A stretch of 7,324 nt of DNA from Zygophlyctis sp. KS116 (Eukaryota; Fungi; Chytridiomycota), in the NCBI GenBank assembly GCA_054661495.1, contig BAAFSQ010000408.1, positions 1-7,324 of the forward strand, given 5' to 3'. Below, piece after piece: positions 6,055 to 7,324 of this stretch. The notes below the pieces were generated by a model. That model saw only the letters and a program-made list of their open reading frames with translations. It ran no database searches and was not told where the DNA came from. Every line of letters starts with the position of its first letter. The stretch's first letter is position 1. The translations under genes were made by a program, and so were the position numbers.

Positions 6055-7278
6055 ATGAATTTAGAGGAAGATCTTAGGGAAAATAAGGAATCCATTAAAG
6101 AATTGACAGCTTCTATCAAAGAATATGAGGCACAAATCAAAGCGTTGATAAAGGACATCCAGCAGCTACAAGATCAAAAACAAACGGCCAATACAGATAG
6201 AGAATTGGAAAAGATTGATAATAGCTTGAATGGATTAAGACAAGATTTATCATTAGCTGAACAACATCTCACTGGCTTGAGAAGTGAAAGGGGAAATTTC
6301 ATGGAAGCAAGTACTACTGTACTCAAACTCCAAGCAGAGGAAAAATTCCAGAATTCATCAGTCCATACTTCCCTTAATGAAGGCTTTGAATACAATTGTC
6401 GCCAGGATTTGCAAAAAGAACTCTGGCAACTTTTTCAAGTTGGATTGGCCGACCCAAAGTATTATTTCCAATCATCAAGGAAGCTGGTGGACAAAGAGGT
6501 ATTAGAAATTGTCAAAAAGCATTATCCCAAAAAGTTCTCTGGGGAAATCGATATCTTTTTGTATGCCAATCCAACCGTCCCTTGGAAGCTTCATGCATTG
6601 GAGAATACTGCACCGAACTTGCATCCTTTCACCATACAAACCCCGGAATCTCCAAAATGGTCAGCAGCCATTGAATCTCTTAATCAATCTACACCATATA
6701 ACTATCCTATCACACCACCTTCATCTCAATATAATTTGGATCAAGATGTGCGTGAAGCCCAAAACAATCTCCGTGCCGTCGCCACAATGTATGTGGTGTT
6801 CGAAGCCACTCACTCCAACAAAAATCTACCTTTTAAATTCAAACAGTTGGAAGCACAGCTGGCGTATGTCATTATTCGATTTCACCTTCAAAACTCGACA
6901 AAAATTCCATCTGAGACTGTCGAATTTAAAGCATTTATTGCCCAAGAGGTATTGAAGCTCATTGCCTTTGCGGGAGTGGTTTTTGTTGAAGGAGATTCTT
7001 CAAAATTGTTTGAACAAACTCATGGCGCCATCTATGGTAAGGGAACCCCCTGCCCAGCTCTAGCTTCACTGTATAAGAATGGGCGCTTATGTTATTTTAA
7101 TGGTGCTACTTTTCCAGGTCGATTGTCTTTGGTGGAAGCAAAAATTGAATCTTTGTGCTCTAATAAAGGCACTTTGAAAACATGCAGGAGTTTTATGATG
7201 CAATTCGTGGTAATGATTGTGATAATGAAGACATTCGAATTATTTCTGATGTATTTCAGAAACAAAGAATTAAGGTGA
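6055..7278 (+). CDS. Uncharacterised protein: N-terminal coiled coil plus putative PD-(D/E)XK/REase-fold domain; true C-terminus uncertain after about 7180
   Basis: Open frame of about 1.2 kb from the first ATG (6055). Heptad-rich first ~95 aa. Motifs GFEYNCR, GEIDIFLY, YVVFEAT and KFKQLEAQL, followed by a hydrophobic strand IAFAGVVF. The fold call is pattern recognition only. Confidence 0.65.
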   Translation: MNLEEDLRENKESIKELTASIKEYEAQIKALIKDIQQLQDQKQTANTDRELEKIDNSLNGLRQDLSLAEQHLTGLRSERGNFMEASTTVLKLQAEEKFQNSSVHTSLNEGFEYNCRQDLQKELWQLFQVGLADPKYYFQSSRKLVDKEVLEIVKKHYPKKFSGEIDIFLYANPTVPWKLHALENTAPNLHPFTIQTPESPKWSAAIESLNQSTPYNYPITPPSSQYNLDQDVREAQNNLRAVATMYVVFEATHSNKNLPFKFKQLEAQLAYVIIRFHLQNSTKIPSETVEFKAFIAQEVLKLIAFAGVVFVEGDSSKLFEQTHGAIYGKGTPCPALASLYKNGRLCYFNGATFPGRLSLVEAKIESLCSNKGTLKTCRSFMMQFVVMIVIMKTFELFLMYFRNKELR

Positions 7279-7324
7279 AACAATTACAACGCTTGACGGA
7301 TGAAAAATTAAAAGAGGATGGAAT
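7182..7324 (+). CDS. Partial SAM (sterile alpha motif)-like coding segment, truncated by the window end
   Basis: Frame open from 7167 to the end: MQEFYDAIRGNDCDNEDIRIISDVFQKQRIKVKQLQRLTDEKLKEDG(I). It fits the SAM pattern F..Q.I....L..LTDE.LKE.GI. Confidence 0.65.
   Translation, partial: MQEFYDAIRGNDCDNEDIRIISDVFQKQRIKVKQLQRLTDEKLKEDG

Noticed and set aside
7037-7063. Possible 27-nt in-frame intron gtaagggaaccccctgcccagctctag
   Set aside because: Much more GC-rich than the 11 supported introns, contains no stop and is not needed for the frame; cannot be supported without cDNA.
7183-7278. Hydrophobic tail as a transmembrane anchor
   Set aside because: Better explained as the off-frame translation of the SAM-like coding sequence.
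248-7278. Functional link between Ku70 and the nuclease-like gene as a DNA break/repair system
   Set aside because: They are separated by three unrelated genes, and adjacency in a compact eukaryotic genome is not evidence of a shared function.
811-7283. Alternative-frame and antisense ORFs (811-1050, 3381-3626, 4007-4234, 4084-4296, 4521-4727, 5439-5687, 5737-5973, 6174-6395, 6284-6505, 6396-6674, 6509-6955, 7092-7283)
   Set aside because: They overlap better-supported genes and show no recognisable motifs; they are shadow ORFs.

Overview
AT-rich, extremely gene-dense eukaryotic DNA, most consistent with an early-diverging (chytrid-like) fungus; the taxon is inferred, not proven. The fragmented ORF track is explained by 11 ultra-short GT-AG spliceosomal introns (24-30 nt). 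Splicing them by hand gives four intact genes: KU70 (+, 588 aa), PRP3 (+, 510 aa), a secreted AA5 copper-radical (glyoxal/galactose oxidase-like) oxidase (-, 537 aa) and LSM4 (+, 99 aa). The window opens with the 3' half of a Sm-class snRNA, most likely U1. It ends with an uncharacterised coiled-coil + putative PD-(D/E)XK nuclease-fold gene. A SAM-domain reading frame, missed by the ORF track, overlaps that gene's 3' end in the -1 frame and runs off the window. Spacers between protein-coding genes are only 38-117 bp.
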